This document shows, piece after piece, positions 50,521 through 63,125 of a stretch of 64,000 nt of DNA. The DNA is from Gracilinanus agilis (lineage: Eukaryota). The stretch spans positions 474,839,660 through 474,903,659 of the forward strand of contig NC_058133.1 in the NCBI RefSeq assembly GCF_016433145.1, given 5' to 3'. Position 1 is the first letter of the stretch. The number at the start of each line of letters is the position of its first letter. A model generated the notes under the pieces. It did no database searches and was not told the DNA's origin. It worked only from the letters and a program-made list of their open reading frames with translations. Both the position numbers and the translations under genes were made by a program.

Positions 50521-53225
50521 AGAGACCATTGGGGGGCGGGAGGGGGGAGTCGGGGAGACTGGATGAGAAGGACAGTACCGACTCAAGCCAGAGGTAGGGA
50601 AAGATGAAGAGACAGTCATGGGGGAAATTTATCCCAAGGAAGGTAGAAGACCATTAGACCTTCCCGCTTCCCCTTAAAGAAAGAAAGAGAAACGGGGATT
50701 GTCTGGGAGACAGCGAGATAGAACGCTGCTACAGGCAAGGAAGGAAAGGACAACCCCTACCTATATGATACATAGCAGGTCCAAACCAGAAAAGCCAGGG
50801 GTCTGGGCGCCACTTCCCAGGGACCCTGACACCCAACCCCTGTCGTTTCCCACCCTGCAAAATTTCAGGGTAGCTCAAACCCTCAAGTCTCAGACCCCTC
50901 CCTTAAACGCTCTGTCTCCCCCCCTTCAATTAGCCATATGGCAGTACCCTCTTGCAGTAGCACCGCCACATGCCTAATTAGTGAAAACAAGATGAATAGG
51001 GTCGGATTTGGGTGATTGGTTTCCTAGAGCTTCGAACTCTGGAGTCCCTTTACATCTGAAGGATGGAGATGTCTCCACAGCCCTCTCAAATAGCAGCCTC
51101 TCTGGTTATTTATCGCAAGACCTTCACCAAGCATTTCACGCTTTCCCTGTCCCTTCCTTTGCCCATCTACCCCTCTCCCAGTTGTAGAAACAAATACAAG
51201 AAGAAAAGGCACTAGCCGAACATCTGCCATTCTCCCCCTCCTTTTTGCTCACATAGTGGGTATAGGAACAAAAATCAAGGAACTCCCTCACATGTCTCCT
51301 TCCCTCTCCCGATTTCTAGCCCCCTCCCCAAACCCTCCATTCTCCATCCTGGGCCAAGAGCTCTCCATCATTAGACTGACCCTCCTGCCCACCTCTTCCT
51401 TCTTCCCAACCCCCACCTAATTCTCCCAACCACACAACCTGGTGACTAAACCCATGAGCCTTGACTTTTAGGCACCATGCTGCTTGCCTCCAGAGGAGGG
51501 CTAAGGAATTGAAAAGCAGTTCTAATGGAAAAAGCACTGGACCAGAAATCGAGATCTGCATTCGCTCTAGTCTCTGCTCTTTCTTTGTTTGACCTTGGAT
51601 AAGTCATTTGTTCCTCTGGGCCTGTTTCTTCAATCTAAAATAAGGAAGTCAGACTAGATGATTCCTAATGTCCTCTTTTTTGCTCTAAAATACTCAGATT
51701 CTATCATATTCCTACATCTATATTTATCAAAAAGGGGGCTTCATTCCCTTCTCTCCCAGGTCTTAAACTAGGTCTATGTGCTAAAATAGGTAGAATAATA
51801 CTAGCTAGTGAATACCCTAGACTGAGGGACCTCACCTTCCAGAAAAAGAGCAAAAGGATCAAGGGATGAGGAGTTTTCAACAATAATGAGTTAAAATATA
51901 TATTATGCTAATGGATTAATCATTAGTTATAATAATAAATGTTCATTACTGAATCAATCAGGGAAGAGAATGGAATGTAGAATTACCAGTAAATGGCTGA
52001 AAGCATCAAATTGTGAGAGAGTAGTGTGGAAATTTACCAAGAGGTAAAGGGGATAAAGAAAACAGAATTTGTATTAGAGACTATGGCCCATCAAAGATAC
52101 GGGTCAGGTCAGATGGATCCAGGCATTTTACATCTGGACCCTGCACTAATCATCGAAGAAGATACATGGAACCAAGCAGATGCAGCAGATAATAAAACAT
52201 TGATAAAGCAAAAAAAAAAAAATAACTCACAGTCTTCTATAAACTTATCTTCATATAAGAAACTCAGGGAAATGGGAATTTTTAAGCTCCATTTCTTTGA
52301 CCCCATTAAAGGACCAGGGCCCCTGAACATACTATACTCCCCACATTACTCAAATTTAGGACAAGTCTGCATGCATAAGTGATAATGAAGCCTTATTAAT
52401 AAACCTTTTGAATATCAGGATTCCAAGACCTCTGGTAAATGGTCCTAATCTCTTTCTCATCCTCCAATTAAATCTCAAATGGCTATTTTATCACACCCCT
52501 AAGATACTTCTCAGCTTAAGTTGTGATTGTGAGAGCTAGAGCAGACAAACAACACCCCTCACTCATCCCAAACCATTCCTCCCCTTACCCCTCTCAACAC
52601 AGACTATCTCCCCTAACCAAGCTTTTCTGGAGACACACTATGATAGAAAAAGCCCTGTAGTTAAGAGTAAGAAAATCTGAGTTCCAGTCTCAGCCCTTTC
52701 TCTTCTTTTGCTGTTACTGTGGCCAAGTTATAGAACAGGATTTAGAACTGGAAGGAACTTTCCAAGTCATTTAGTCCAAGAAAGTTATAAAGGAGATTCC
52801 CAAATGGGATGGAAAATGGTTTAATATTACTTGTGAAATCCTCCATTCATTTAACCACTCTGAATCTCTTTCCTTTTTTGCACAATGGAAATATCTACTT
52901 CCACAGGAATATTGTGAGATCAAATGAGATGTCTGTTAAGTATTTTGTACTGACAAAATGCCACGCAACAATCATTCATTAATGTATCTCTTGCCTTCCT
53001 TACTTGGCTTGGGTTGCAAAATGAAACCACAATCCAGAAATGGGAGGAAATAAGTGTATGATGGCTAGCTACTCTATAGTAGTGGCCATTCACCATTACC
53101 ATATTCCAGATCAATTATACAAGGTTCTTCCAATAGGATGAAGTGGAAGGGAACATCAAAAAGGATAATATAATCAGGATTTATTAAATCCCCAAGAAGA
53201 GATAAACAAAGGTTCATACCTGACT

Positions 53226-53400
53226 TTTTTTTTTTAATTCTTGCCCTTCTGTCTTAGAATCCATATTGTATATTGTATATTGGTTCTAAGGCAGAAGAGT
53301 GGTAAGGGCTAGGCAATGGGGGGTTATGTGACTTGCCCCCAGGGTCACACAGCTAAGAAGTAGCTGAGGTCAGATTTGAACCCAAAACCTCCTGTCTCTC
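53226..53400 (-). mobile_element. SINE1_Mdo-like SINE
   Basis: Reverse complement of the consensus, head missing. Confidence 0.8.
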
Positions 53401-53599
53401 AAGCCATCTGTCTCCTAATACCTGACTTCTAAAACTTTATACTTTTAAAAGAAAACAGATGAAACCTAGTTAAGTAAAAATATTGGGCAGTATCAACAAA
53501 TATTAAATATTTGATTGTCAGAGAAGTCCAAGGTACTACTGTATAAGACAGTGTACTAAGAGCTGAGGAGAAATATATGCTGGATATGGCATGGTTCCT

Positions 53600-55100
53600 A
53601 TTGTTAGGAAGTTACAATTAGTAGACTGAAACAAAACATGAACATAAACAATGAAAGAAGAATGAAAAGGAAATGACAGTTCATAAGAGAGAGGTCTGTC
53701 CCAGGAACGACAGGTAGAAATCAGTGGAAGCTACATGGAAGGGAAGGGGCTTAAGCAGTCCTTTTTATTTCAGTAATTAAATTCACAGGATTACCTGGAC
53801 TGGACCCTAGGTCATCTTGTCCAAAATCCACATTTTGTAAAGAAACTGTGGCAACAGAAGGCAAGAGCAATCAGCTAGCAGGTGTGGAAGCCCATACATT
53901 AAAGTGACCAGGACCTGAACTAGTAGGTGGCAGGAGAAATGGGACAAATAAAATCAAAACACAGGTATTATTTCATAGGTAGAACCAAGTTAAAGTGGTT
54001 GAATGGGCATAAGTGAAGAAAACAATTTTGACTATGTGATTGTGAGTCTCAGGAACAGGAATGGTTTGTAGTGATGACAGAAACAGAGAAGTCAGCAAAG
54101 GATAGCAAACAGACACTGTTGGGCTTAAAGTAACTATAGGACTTACAAGTAGAATGTAAGTTCTTAGTACATAGCAGATACTTAAGAAATGCTTGATTGG
54201 TAGTTAGCTATATGGGGCTGGAACTTGGATGAAATGTCAGGTCAGAGATGTGTCATCAGAGTAAGAACAGTTGAAGTCACAAGACACAATCAGTTTGAAA
54301 AGGGGAAAACAGCATAGAACAACGTTAAGGACTGAGCCTTTCAGAATGTCTTGAGTTTAGGAGGTAGAGGAACAAAGCCCAAAGGGAATGTCTCAGTTGA
54401 TTTTTCCAGAAGGTATTTATCAAGGTGGGTACTAGTGATACTTTAAAGTAGTTTTAGGAAAAGTCAGATTTTGTAGTTTACTTCTGAAATACTCATTTTT
54501 CATGTCTTTTAAGTCTTTTAAATGGTCAACTACCTCTATGAAGTAGTTCCCAAATCTACATCAAATCCTCCTTATCTCCACCTGGATATGCCACTAGTAT
54601 TTCATACTCCACATGTCCAAACATCCTATCCCCTTCTTTCCATCTGTTCAGGAAGTCACCACCCTTCTGGTCACCCATATTTACAACTTAGGATCAATAC
54701 TCTTCAGTCACCCTCCATATTGCTTCGAACTCAATTGATTCTCCCTCTCTATCCTTCACACCTGCCCCTCTCTATAGTCACACTAACTTGGATCTTCTTC
54801 ACTAGCCTGGACTTTTTAAAAGCAGTTCAATTTGTCTCCCTACCCACAGCCCCTCACCTATCTATTCTTTACCAAATGGATATTCCTGAGGTATAGGTCT
54901 TGCTGTGTCACTAACCTGTCCAAGAAACTTCAGTGGCTTTTCTTCCTAGCATAAAATACAACTTCCTTTGGTATTTCTACAAGCCCTTCCTAAAGGGCCT
55001 ATCATTATAGCCTGATTAAACATCACAACCATCACAAGCTCTATTTTCCATATTGGTCTATGTACCATTTCCTGTATATATTCCTTTTCTCATTTGTGGG
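53600..55100. mobile_element. Ancient L2-like remnants (two opposed blocks)
   Basis: Purine-rich then pyrimidine-rich degraded L2-type text. Boundaries approximate. Confidence 0.5.
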
Positions 55101-55401
55101 TAAAGGCATCCTTCATTTCTGAAATGCTCTTTCTCATTCCTGCCTCTTGAACTTGGACCTCCAAGCAGACTTCTAGGATCAGCTCACGCTACCTCATACA
55201 AAATGGCTTTCCTGATTGTCTCAGTGATTGTTAGTATCTAGTATCCCCTCAACAAAGTATGTTGTATTTATTTCATATTCACTTATCAGTGCACAATTTT
55301 TCCCTCTTGAATATGTAAGTTCCCTGAGGAGAGTATTACATTTTTTCTTTGTATTCCCATCAAAAAGCACAATTTTGAGGCCCTTAAGAAATGCTAGTTG
55401 A

Positions 55402-55571
55402 TAGAGATGGGAGGTCCTAGGTTTGAATCTAGCCTCAGACACTTCCCTGCTGTGTGACCTTGGGCAAGTCACTTGACCCCCCATTGCCTACCCTTGCCAC
55501 TCTTCTGCCTTGGAGCCAGTGCACAGTATTGACTCCAAGGCAGAAGGTAAGGGTTTAAAAAAAAAAAAAAA
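55402..55571 (+). mobile_element. 5'-truncated SINE1_Mdo-like SINE
   Basis: 16-bp TSD AAGAAATGCTAGTTGA (55386-55401, 55570-55585). Confidence 0.9.
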
Positions 55572-55735
55572 GAAATGCTAGTTGAATTAAAGTCAAAGAA
55601 TAAATAATGTTGAAAAAGATCAACAAAGTCCAGCAATAAATACACACCGGCTTCACCACCATCACTCCTTTCTAGGAGAGGAGGGGAATTATTTCAACAA
55701 GAATGATATCATACAGGATAAACAAAGGATCCAGC

Positions 55736-55741
55736 TTTATT
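55736..55741 (-). terminator. SF3B4: SF3B4 poly(A) signal
   Basis: Minus-strand AATAAA about 200 nt after the stop, with a U/GU-rich stretch downstream. Confidence 0.8.
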
Positions 55742-55939
55742 CACTGTCAGAATTTGGGAAAGAAGTGGAGCCCTACATAGAAAAAAGTCCAGTGGGGGGG
55801 GGGGGAATCACACTGGAAAAAAGGGCAAATCTGAGGAAGAAAGGGGTGGCTCAGGCCCAAGGGGCAACAGTTCCTCTGATTGGTCCAGAAGACAGGGAGA
55901 GTCTCAGAGGAGCATGGTAGATTGTAGAGAAATTTGGCC

Positions 55940-56127
55940 CTACTGAGGAAGAGGACCCCGCAGAGGACCACGAGGAGGTACTGGGGGTCGGGGAGAAGGC
56001 CGAGGTGGAGGAAGAGGTCCTCTCTGATAGCCATAGGGTGGAGGTCGAGGGGGACCGCTGTATCCATGGGGGGGCATTAATGGAGGAGGTCCTCGCATCC
56101 CATGGGGGGGCATGGGGCCTGGGTGAC
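55940..56127 (-). CDS. SF3B4: SF3B4 exon 6 (188 nt)
   Basis: [22 protein letters not shown]...[10 protein letters not shown] (TAG). Total CDS is 1275 nt = 424 aa. Confidence 0.96.
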
Positions 56128-56272
56128 CTAAGTGAGAAAAAGAGAGAGATTAGAGAAAACAAGAAGCATAAAATACATCAATGTATGATATATGTGCACA
56201 AATATTTGAGGGGAAAGGATCTTAGAAAGGAGAAAGTATGAGATGTGATGGGAGGGAGTGAAATTCACTCAC

Positions 56273-56446
56273 CCATGGGAGATCCAAAAGGGGGTCCTCG
56301 GGGTGGCATTCCCATAGGAGGGGGACCAGGATGAGGCATTCCTGGTGGTGGTCGAGGAGGAGGCTGTCCCCCTGAGCCTGGGGGCCCTGCATGGGGGTGT
56401 CCCAAGCCATGGGGACCATGGTGGGCGAGCTGCATCTGAGACATGC
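56273..56446 (-). CDS. SF3B4: SF3B4 exon 5 (174 nt)
   Basis: [35 protein letters not shown]...GSPM; GTGAGT donor. Confidence 0.96.
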
Positions 56447-56862
56447 CTAGACAAGAGAAAAACAAATTAAATGGAGGGGGGGAAAGAGCTAAGATAATAG
56501 AAAGGAAAAGAGGAACAGAAACTCAAGGGTCTAAGAGAAAAAAGTAGAGGGGTAAGATTCATGCAGAGAATAAAGTTGGTAGGAAATGGGCCTTATCCAT
56601 ACTATCTTCTTCCAAGAGAAATACAAAATCTGAGGAGTTAAAATATATAAAATATCTCCTGCTCTCACAAGTTCTCCCTAAGAAATCATGTACCATCTCA
56701 GAATTAGAATTAGGAATTAGGGGGCTGAAAGGATAGGAGGAACAAGGGAGGAACCATGGGTACAAGATATGGACAAAAAGAGAAAGAAGGAGAACAGTAG
56801 TCAAGACATAAGCCTCTCCATTTCCCTATATGTCCTATTTGTTCCAAGCAGAGGACACCTAC

Positions 56863-57069
56863 CAGGATGAGGCATCCCGCCTGGTGGGAATGGATGGGGA
56901 TGTGAGTGTCCATGTCCAGGATGTCCAGCTCCAGGGGTTCCTGCTGATGGAGGGCCATGGGCTCCAGCTCCAGGAGGCATAGGTGGGGGAGGCATTGCTG
57001 GGGGTATTCCTGGAGGAAGGGCTCCAGGAGGTGGCACTGGAGGTGGGAATGAGCCTGGTGGGGGCATAC
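56863..57069 (-). CDS. SF3B4: SF3B4 exon 4 (207 nt)
   Basis: [20 protein letters not shown]...GGMPHP; GTAGGT donor. Confidence 0.96.
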
Positions 57070-57399
57070 CTAAGAAGAAATTGGGGAAAAAAAAAAAAAA
57101 GAAGTTTGTATGGGAAAAAGGTCAAGTCCCAAAAAATCAGTCTCACCAAAGCCTTATCTCCACCTATCACCTAAAAGAATGAACCTTCCTTCTCCACAAA
57201 TTACATATACAGTAAGAGGCAATTTAAATGAAACATCTACATCCTCCCCCAAGAAACTCTACCACATTTACTCTCTCAGAGCCTTCCAACTCCAGAATCC
57301 CATCTCTTTTTCCTTGCTATATAATGAGGATCTGTTCTCTCTTGGTCCCTCCAACCTTTACACTGCCCCTCATTCCCACAAACCCAGCTCTTATTTTAC

Positions 57400-57942
57400 C
57401 TGGTGGAGGAAGCCCAGAACCCAGAGAAGAAACGACAGGATTAGGGGCAGAGGGTGGGGGTGGTGCATCAGCAAAGAGCTGATGAGGCCGATCTGCCTGA
57501 GACAACGGGTTCTGTGCTGCCAGAAGTCGCTCAGCTGCAGAGCCATGACGTTCACCCTTAGAGTCCTTCTTGAAGGCATAAGATACTGTGATAGGTCGAT
57601 TACATAGGTATTGCCCATTCATGGCTTCAATTGCTGCATCAGAAGCATCAAATGATGCAAAATTAATAAAGGCATAGCCCTTGGAGTTTCCTGTGTCAGG
57701 GTCCCGCATTATCTTGGGAGTCTGCAAGATAACCCCAAAGGCGCTGAAAGTATCATAGAGCAACTTCTCATCAATCTCAGGATCTAAGTTCCCTATGAAA
57801 ATGTTGGCCCCCACATCTAGGTTCTTGTTGTGAGCTGATGCTTTGTTCACGCGTATTGGCTTCCCATACAGCTTGATCATATTCATGATCTTAATGGCAT
57901 AGTCAGCATCCTCCTCACTCAGGAATTCCACAAATCCATAGC
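57400..57942 (-). CDS. SF3B4: SF3B4 exon 3 (543 nt; RRM1 end and RRM2)
   Basis: [35 protein letters not shown]...IFIGNL...KGYAFINF... Confidence 0.98.
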
Positions 57943-58269
57943 CTGGAGAAAGTAATGGATAGAAGGCTAGATTAGAAGGTGTGTACTATCTAATAAGAGT
58001 CAAAAACTAAGACCTAACTTGCCCCCATCCACCCCCACCAAAAATAGGCCCAGCATTTACACATGCAAAAGAGAAAACAGTCAGGGTAAAACAATAGCAT
58101 GTTCTTCATCATAACAGAGAAATTCAAATTCAAATAAACTACATGCTAGAGAAAGTTTCAAAGAGACTGAGAAAGTAACATACCCACACTTGACACTTGC
58201 ATAGGCTTTTACAATTTACAAAGTGAATTCAGTTGTTATTCCATTCAAGCTCCTAATTGGACAACCTTA

Positions 58270-58495
58270 TATATGGGCAGCTAGGCGGTGAAGTGGAGTG
58301 CCAGGCCTAGAGTCAGGTACACTAATCTTCCTAAGTTCAAATCTGCCTAGTATGAACCTGGACAAGTCATTTAACCCTGTCTGTCTCCATTCCTCATCTG
58401 TAAAAGGAGCAGGAGAAGGAAATGGCCAATATATGCCAAGAAAACCCCAAATGGGGTCGGGAAGAGTCTGACACGGTGAACAACAACAAACAACA
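58270..58495 (+). mobile_element. MAR1-like SINE with an RTE-type tail in SF3B4 intron 2
   Basis: tRNA-like head, core, and 'aagagtctgacacggtgaacaacaacaaacaac' tail. Confidence 0.7.
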
Positions 58496-58554
58496 TATTT
58501 TGAGGTTGGGAGCACTGAAGCTCCAGCAGGAGCCTTCACATGCCCCCTCCTTAC

Positions 58555-58683
58555 CTTGGTGCTGACCCGTGACCCTGTCTTTGGGCATGTGGGTGTTGAC
58601 CACGGGTCCAGCCTGTAGAAAGAGTTCCCACAGCAGAGGCTCACTGACTTTCTCGTCCAGGCCCCCCACATACACGGTGGCAT
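58555..58683 (-). CDS. SF3B4: SF3B4 exon 2 (129 nt)
   Basis: [42 protein letters not shown] (RNP2). Confidence 0.98.
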
Positions 58684-59101
58684 CTGGGGTGGGAAGGAGA
58701 AACGGAGGTAGATCAGGGGCGCGAGGAAAGGGCCGAGGAAAGGAGCCCGAGGACTGGGGGTGCTTGCCTTGGTCGAGAAGGGAGAGCGGCGCGGCCGGCC
58801 GAAGTGAAGGACCAGCGGGAGCCGACCACAGAATGTGCGGCTTCTCTCATGGGGAAACAGCGAACCTTACAAGGCCCCTCCGCCGCCTCCGGAGGCTTTC
58901 CAAAGGGCAGGGGAACGGGGACGTGGGAAACCCGAGGAACCCTCCTTTCCCGCACCCTCGGCCAAACAGACTGCTATCCGGGCGCGGAGACCCCTCCGAA
59001 GCGGCGACGCCCCTCCCCTCCCCCTCGCCCCGGGCCCTCTAGACAAGCGGAGCTCAGGCCTGACCGGGCGCGATCCGGGGACTCCCGCTGTACAAACTCA
59101 C

Positions 59102-59135
59102 CCTGATTCCGTTCGGAGATGGGCCCGGCCGCCAT
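59102..59135 (-). CDS. SF3B4: SF3B4 exon 1 coding part (34 nt)
   Basis: MAAGPISERNQ; GTGAGT donor. Confidence 0.96.
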
Positions 59136-59179
59136 ACTGAAAGTGCTCCCGCCGTCTCCAAGCAGCGGATCCGTACCCT

Positions 59180-59390
59180 GAACGTTTCCGGTTCCGGGGC
59201 AGCGGTAGGGGAGGGGCTGCCGGGGGAGGATGGGCGAGAGACGCGGCAGCGACCATCTTGGAAGCACCGAGCGGTAGCCGCCATGTTGGCTGAGGTGGCT
59301 TGAGCAGCCTGAGGGCGTGCTGGGAGTCAGTCACGTAGTGTCTGGGCGGAAGCGCCAGCGAGAGCCCGCTCGCACGTGATTTGAGGGAGA
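59180..59390 (-). promoter_or_regulatory. SF3B4: SF3B4 CpG-island promoter
   Basis: YY1 motifs CCATCTT 59253-59259 and CCGCCATGTT 59278-59287; ETS CGGAAG/TTCCGG; E-box CACGTG 59373-59378. Confidence 0.8.
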
Positions 59391-59451
59391 TAATAAATAA
59401 CTGTTTCTTCCCCACCCTACTCCCGACCACGAACCACAGAAATCTAAACGT

Positions 59452-59465
59452 AATAAAGCTTTATT
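59452..59465. terminator. Palindromic two-way poly(A) signal AATAAAGCTTTATT; the minus-strand copy is the likely MTMR11 end
   Basis: Perfect 14-bp palindrome; the minus-strand copy is followed by GU-rich TTTCTGTGGTTCGTGGT. Confidence 0.6.
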
Positions 59466-59638
59466 TTTCAACATAACTAATCACATGGTCATAACAAGCT
59501 GACTTCTCAGTTTAACCCCGAGAAAGCTGTGAGGACGATCCCCAAACCAAGGTTAAATGTGGTCAAGCCCTAGAGAAGCGGCTCCCAGCTCACCAGTACC
59601 AAAAGGTTCCCTTTCGTCCTAACATGGAGGCGCCCCAC

Positions 59639-59654
59639 TGTTGCCATGGCAACA
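59639..59654. promoter_or_regulatory. Perfect palindromic RFX X-box
   Basis: TGTTGCCATGGCAACA matches the GTTRCCATGGYAAC consensus exactly. Confidence 0.75.
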
Positions 59655-62600
59655 AGGGTCCTCCCTTCCCGAGTGCGTAGGCATCCAGGGATGAGGCGAG
59701 GAAGTGCGGTGGGGAAACGGGATGGGGATGGGGGGAAGGAGTGGGTAGGGGTTGAAGCTGGAAATAGCTTAGAGGTCATCTAGTCCAAACTGTCGTTCTA
59801 CAATTGGGTAAACTGAGTCCCGGAGAGGTTTAGTCACCCTGAAGGGGCCCTAAAGTTGGCATTTGTGCAAAAAGCTGCAGCTTCTAGTGCTGCTGCCACC
59901 ACCTCTGCCCCCATGCCTTTCCTCAGGTTTAGAGTCGTCCACGGCCCCTCCCTCCACCTCAATCTTTCCTGCAGCCAAAGTCACTGCCCCCCAGCCACAA
60001 CCTGGCTCCTGGTTCTTCCATACCAAACCCACCTACTCCTCTTGTTAGCTCTGCCCTCCATCGGTTCCCACCCATGTGAGGTCTGGACAAAAGGCCCTTC
60101 CCTCTGATGCCCTGCCTGGAGCCTTAGCTGGCACACAGGGTGCCATACCCCCTGCTCGTCCTGACATCCACCTTGTGGCCTCCACTTTGGGAGAGATGTT
60201 AAAGTGCCAGATGCTGTGGTCCAGCGCCAGGAGACAGCAAAGGTGCAGATGGGTCTAGAGGCAGGAAGAACTGGATTCCAATCCAGCCTCAGCTATGAGA
60301 CTTTGGGCAAGTCACTTTAAACTCTATGCCTATTACAGTAAACAAGTATAATTCTGTAAATGGGCTATAAATGGAGGTTTATAACAGCACCTACTGCACA
60401 GGTTTGTTGTAAAGATCAAAACGAGCTAACATTTGTAAAGCACTTGGCACTGGGCCCAGAACATGGTAGGTAGTATATAGAAATGCTTCTTCCCTTCCAA
60501 TCTTCTCTGGATATAAGAGTACAGTAGAAGGATGGGCATTAAACACTCCGTAACTTCTTTTCTGCTTTTCCTACATGAGGGAGCAAAGGGAGCTAGTACC
60601 AAAAACCCTGGTCTGGGCATCAGATGTAAAGNNNNNNNNNNNNNNNNNNNNNNNNNNNNNNNNNNNNNNNNNNNNNNNNNNNNNNNNNNNNNNNNNNNNN
60701 NNNNNNNNNNNNNNNNNNNNNNNNNNNNNNNNNNNNNNNNNNNNNNNNNNNNNNNNNNNNNNNNNNNTCTTTGGACCATTTGATCTTTCTTTTTCTGTCC
60801 CTTGGACTTGAGCACAAAACTGCTCATCTGTCCCAGTTCTAGAGAAAGTAACTAGCATTAAGCACTGAGGCCTTGCCCAGAGTCACCCAGTTAACAATGA
60901 ATAGTGGTGTGACCCTTTAAGCCTTGCCATACATGAAGGTTTACATACATTATCTCATGTAAGCCTTGTTTTAAGCTGCTACCTCAAGTAGTCGCCTCCA
61001 TTTACAGGATGGAGCAACAACTAGTATCAAAGGTAGGATTCAAACCAAGGCCTTCCTGCCTCAAGTTCTGCATTCTATCCATTCTGTCAAGCTGAGACAT
61101 CACATGCACATGGGGCACATTGTGTATATTCATCGCTTGTATTTGACCTGATCATTCAGCTAGCATTTATTAAGTAATTATGTGTTGAGCGCTATGCTAA
61201 AAGTTAAGGATATAAAGAAAGACAAAAAACTCTCAAAAGAGTTCATAGTCTAATGGGTAGACAACATGCAAACAACTATGTACAAATAAATTATATACAG
61301 AATAAATTGGGGGTGATCTCAGAAGGCACTAAAATTAATAACTGGGGAAAATGTCTTGAAGAAAAGAGTTTAGCTTACTTCTAACTCAAAACATATTCCA
61401 CTATCCCATTAGAAATTTGGTTGGATTCCCTCAAGTTCCTAAGTGTGTATCATGTTCACATCAAACTATTTCTGTAACAATGCAAATGACTCCATATTGG
61501 GATTTAAGGAATAAACTCTTTGTCACCCAATCCAGAACTATCCCTATTCCATTTGTTTTCCTCAGCTAAAGGCTTGGTCCTTTACTACTTCCCAGGAACT
61601 TCTCAATCTTGCGGGAGACCTAAGATTTGAAACTCCAAGAATTTAGATCTTAGCTTACTTCTCATAGTTTGAGCTTGACCCCAACACAATTGAAACTCTT
61701 CTACATTATTCCCTAAAAAGTCACAGAAAAATCTTTCTAATCAAGACCACATATTACTATGTACATGGCCCCACCTGTAATTGAGACCCACCATAATTTT
61801 CACTTGGTCCTTTCTCCCCATTGTCTGAAACTGATATTTGGTGTTGGATAATAAATGGCCAATCCGTTGGATGAAGAGATATCTCTGCTCATATATCATT
61901 CCCACAGCACAGGACTTTTTAGGCCTGTTTTCCCAACCTTAACCTACCACTCATTCCCACATTTCTCTCTCAGAAGCAAAACCCACAGCTTGTATGAATA
62001 TTGTTCATTTATGGTTTCTGTAAATAGAATGCCACCACAAATAAATACTTAGAAATGGAGGAATACCTCCCCATCCCCCTCAGAGGGCTGGGGCCAGATT
62101 ATGAAAGAGCTGGTTTTAAATTTGACCCCAAACATTTAACTAGTTTTGTGACTCTGGGCAAGTCACTTAAACTCAGTTTCCTCTACTATAAAACTGGGAT
62201 GAAAATAGCATCATCTACTGTGCAGGTTCATATGAGAATCAAATGAAAAAATATTTGTAAAAAGTGCTTAGCATAGTGCCTGCCATATAGTAAGAGCTAT
62301 TCCCTTTCTTCTCTTCTTTCTCCATTTATTTCCATGGGGAACTGTAAAGAGAAGAATTAGAAATTAAGAATGAGAGGCAGGCAGGACAATTAGGAGGAAG
62401 TTGCTGGGGCCATGTTGGTAAGGGTCCCAACCAGCTGCTTTACTTCAAATACTACACAACTATAAACCCTCAAAGGATGGGGATGGTCCTTAGGAGAAAG
62501 TAGGTTAATCCCCTAAAAAATAATTATAAGAAAAATAATTTTCAGCACAAAACTGCCTCTGGGGAATTAGAGGAAGGAGCAAGTGTCAATGTTGGGATTG

Positions 62601-63125
62601 ACTAGAATTATAGTGTTTCAGAGCTGGAAATAGCTGCAAACATATTCTAGTCAACATACACTATCCCAAATGTCTTAGTACAATTTTAAGCCCTTAAAGC
62701 TTAAATCAGACTTAGGATACCTGGTACAAAATAATATTACTTTACAGATTAAGAAAATGAGGTCAAGAAAAGTGATTTGCCCAAGGTCACACTGATTCAG
62801 AGCCAAGACAAGAATACTCAGCTCTCTTGAGCCTTAGTCCTATGCTCTTCCCAATACACCGAACAGACAGCTAGCTCATTTTAGAATAAGACTAGATCTC
62901 TAAGGTCCCTTCCAGATCAAAATCTGATCCTGGGCATATGGGTTGTGGGGAGGGCAAGAACATAAGTTGAATCCTGTTAAGCTTGTTTGGTAGTTAGAGA
63001 AATTAGGAGGGTGGAGGTTAAGGCAAAGTGAAGATCTGTCAGATCAAAGAAACCTCTGATCTTAGAATAAGAAGCCGTTTTCCTCTGCCCTGTCTAACTC
63101 AAGGGGAAGAAGAGGGTCAGACATC

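Noticed and set aside
50565-50580. REST/NRSE-like GGACAGTACC near the SV2A promoter
   Set aside because: Only the right half-site is present; the TTCAGCACC left half is absent.
52026-52382. 118-aa ORF upstream of SV2A
   Set aside because: Non-ATG start, includes a poly(A) run, no recognisable domain or splice context.
55747-57607. Several overlapping ORFs around SF3B4 exons 3-6
   Set aside because: By-products of Pro/Gly-rich, stop-poor codons.
59850-60032. 60-aa minus-strand ORF
   Set aside because: GTG start, in-frame stop just upstream, no homology recognised.
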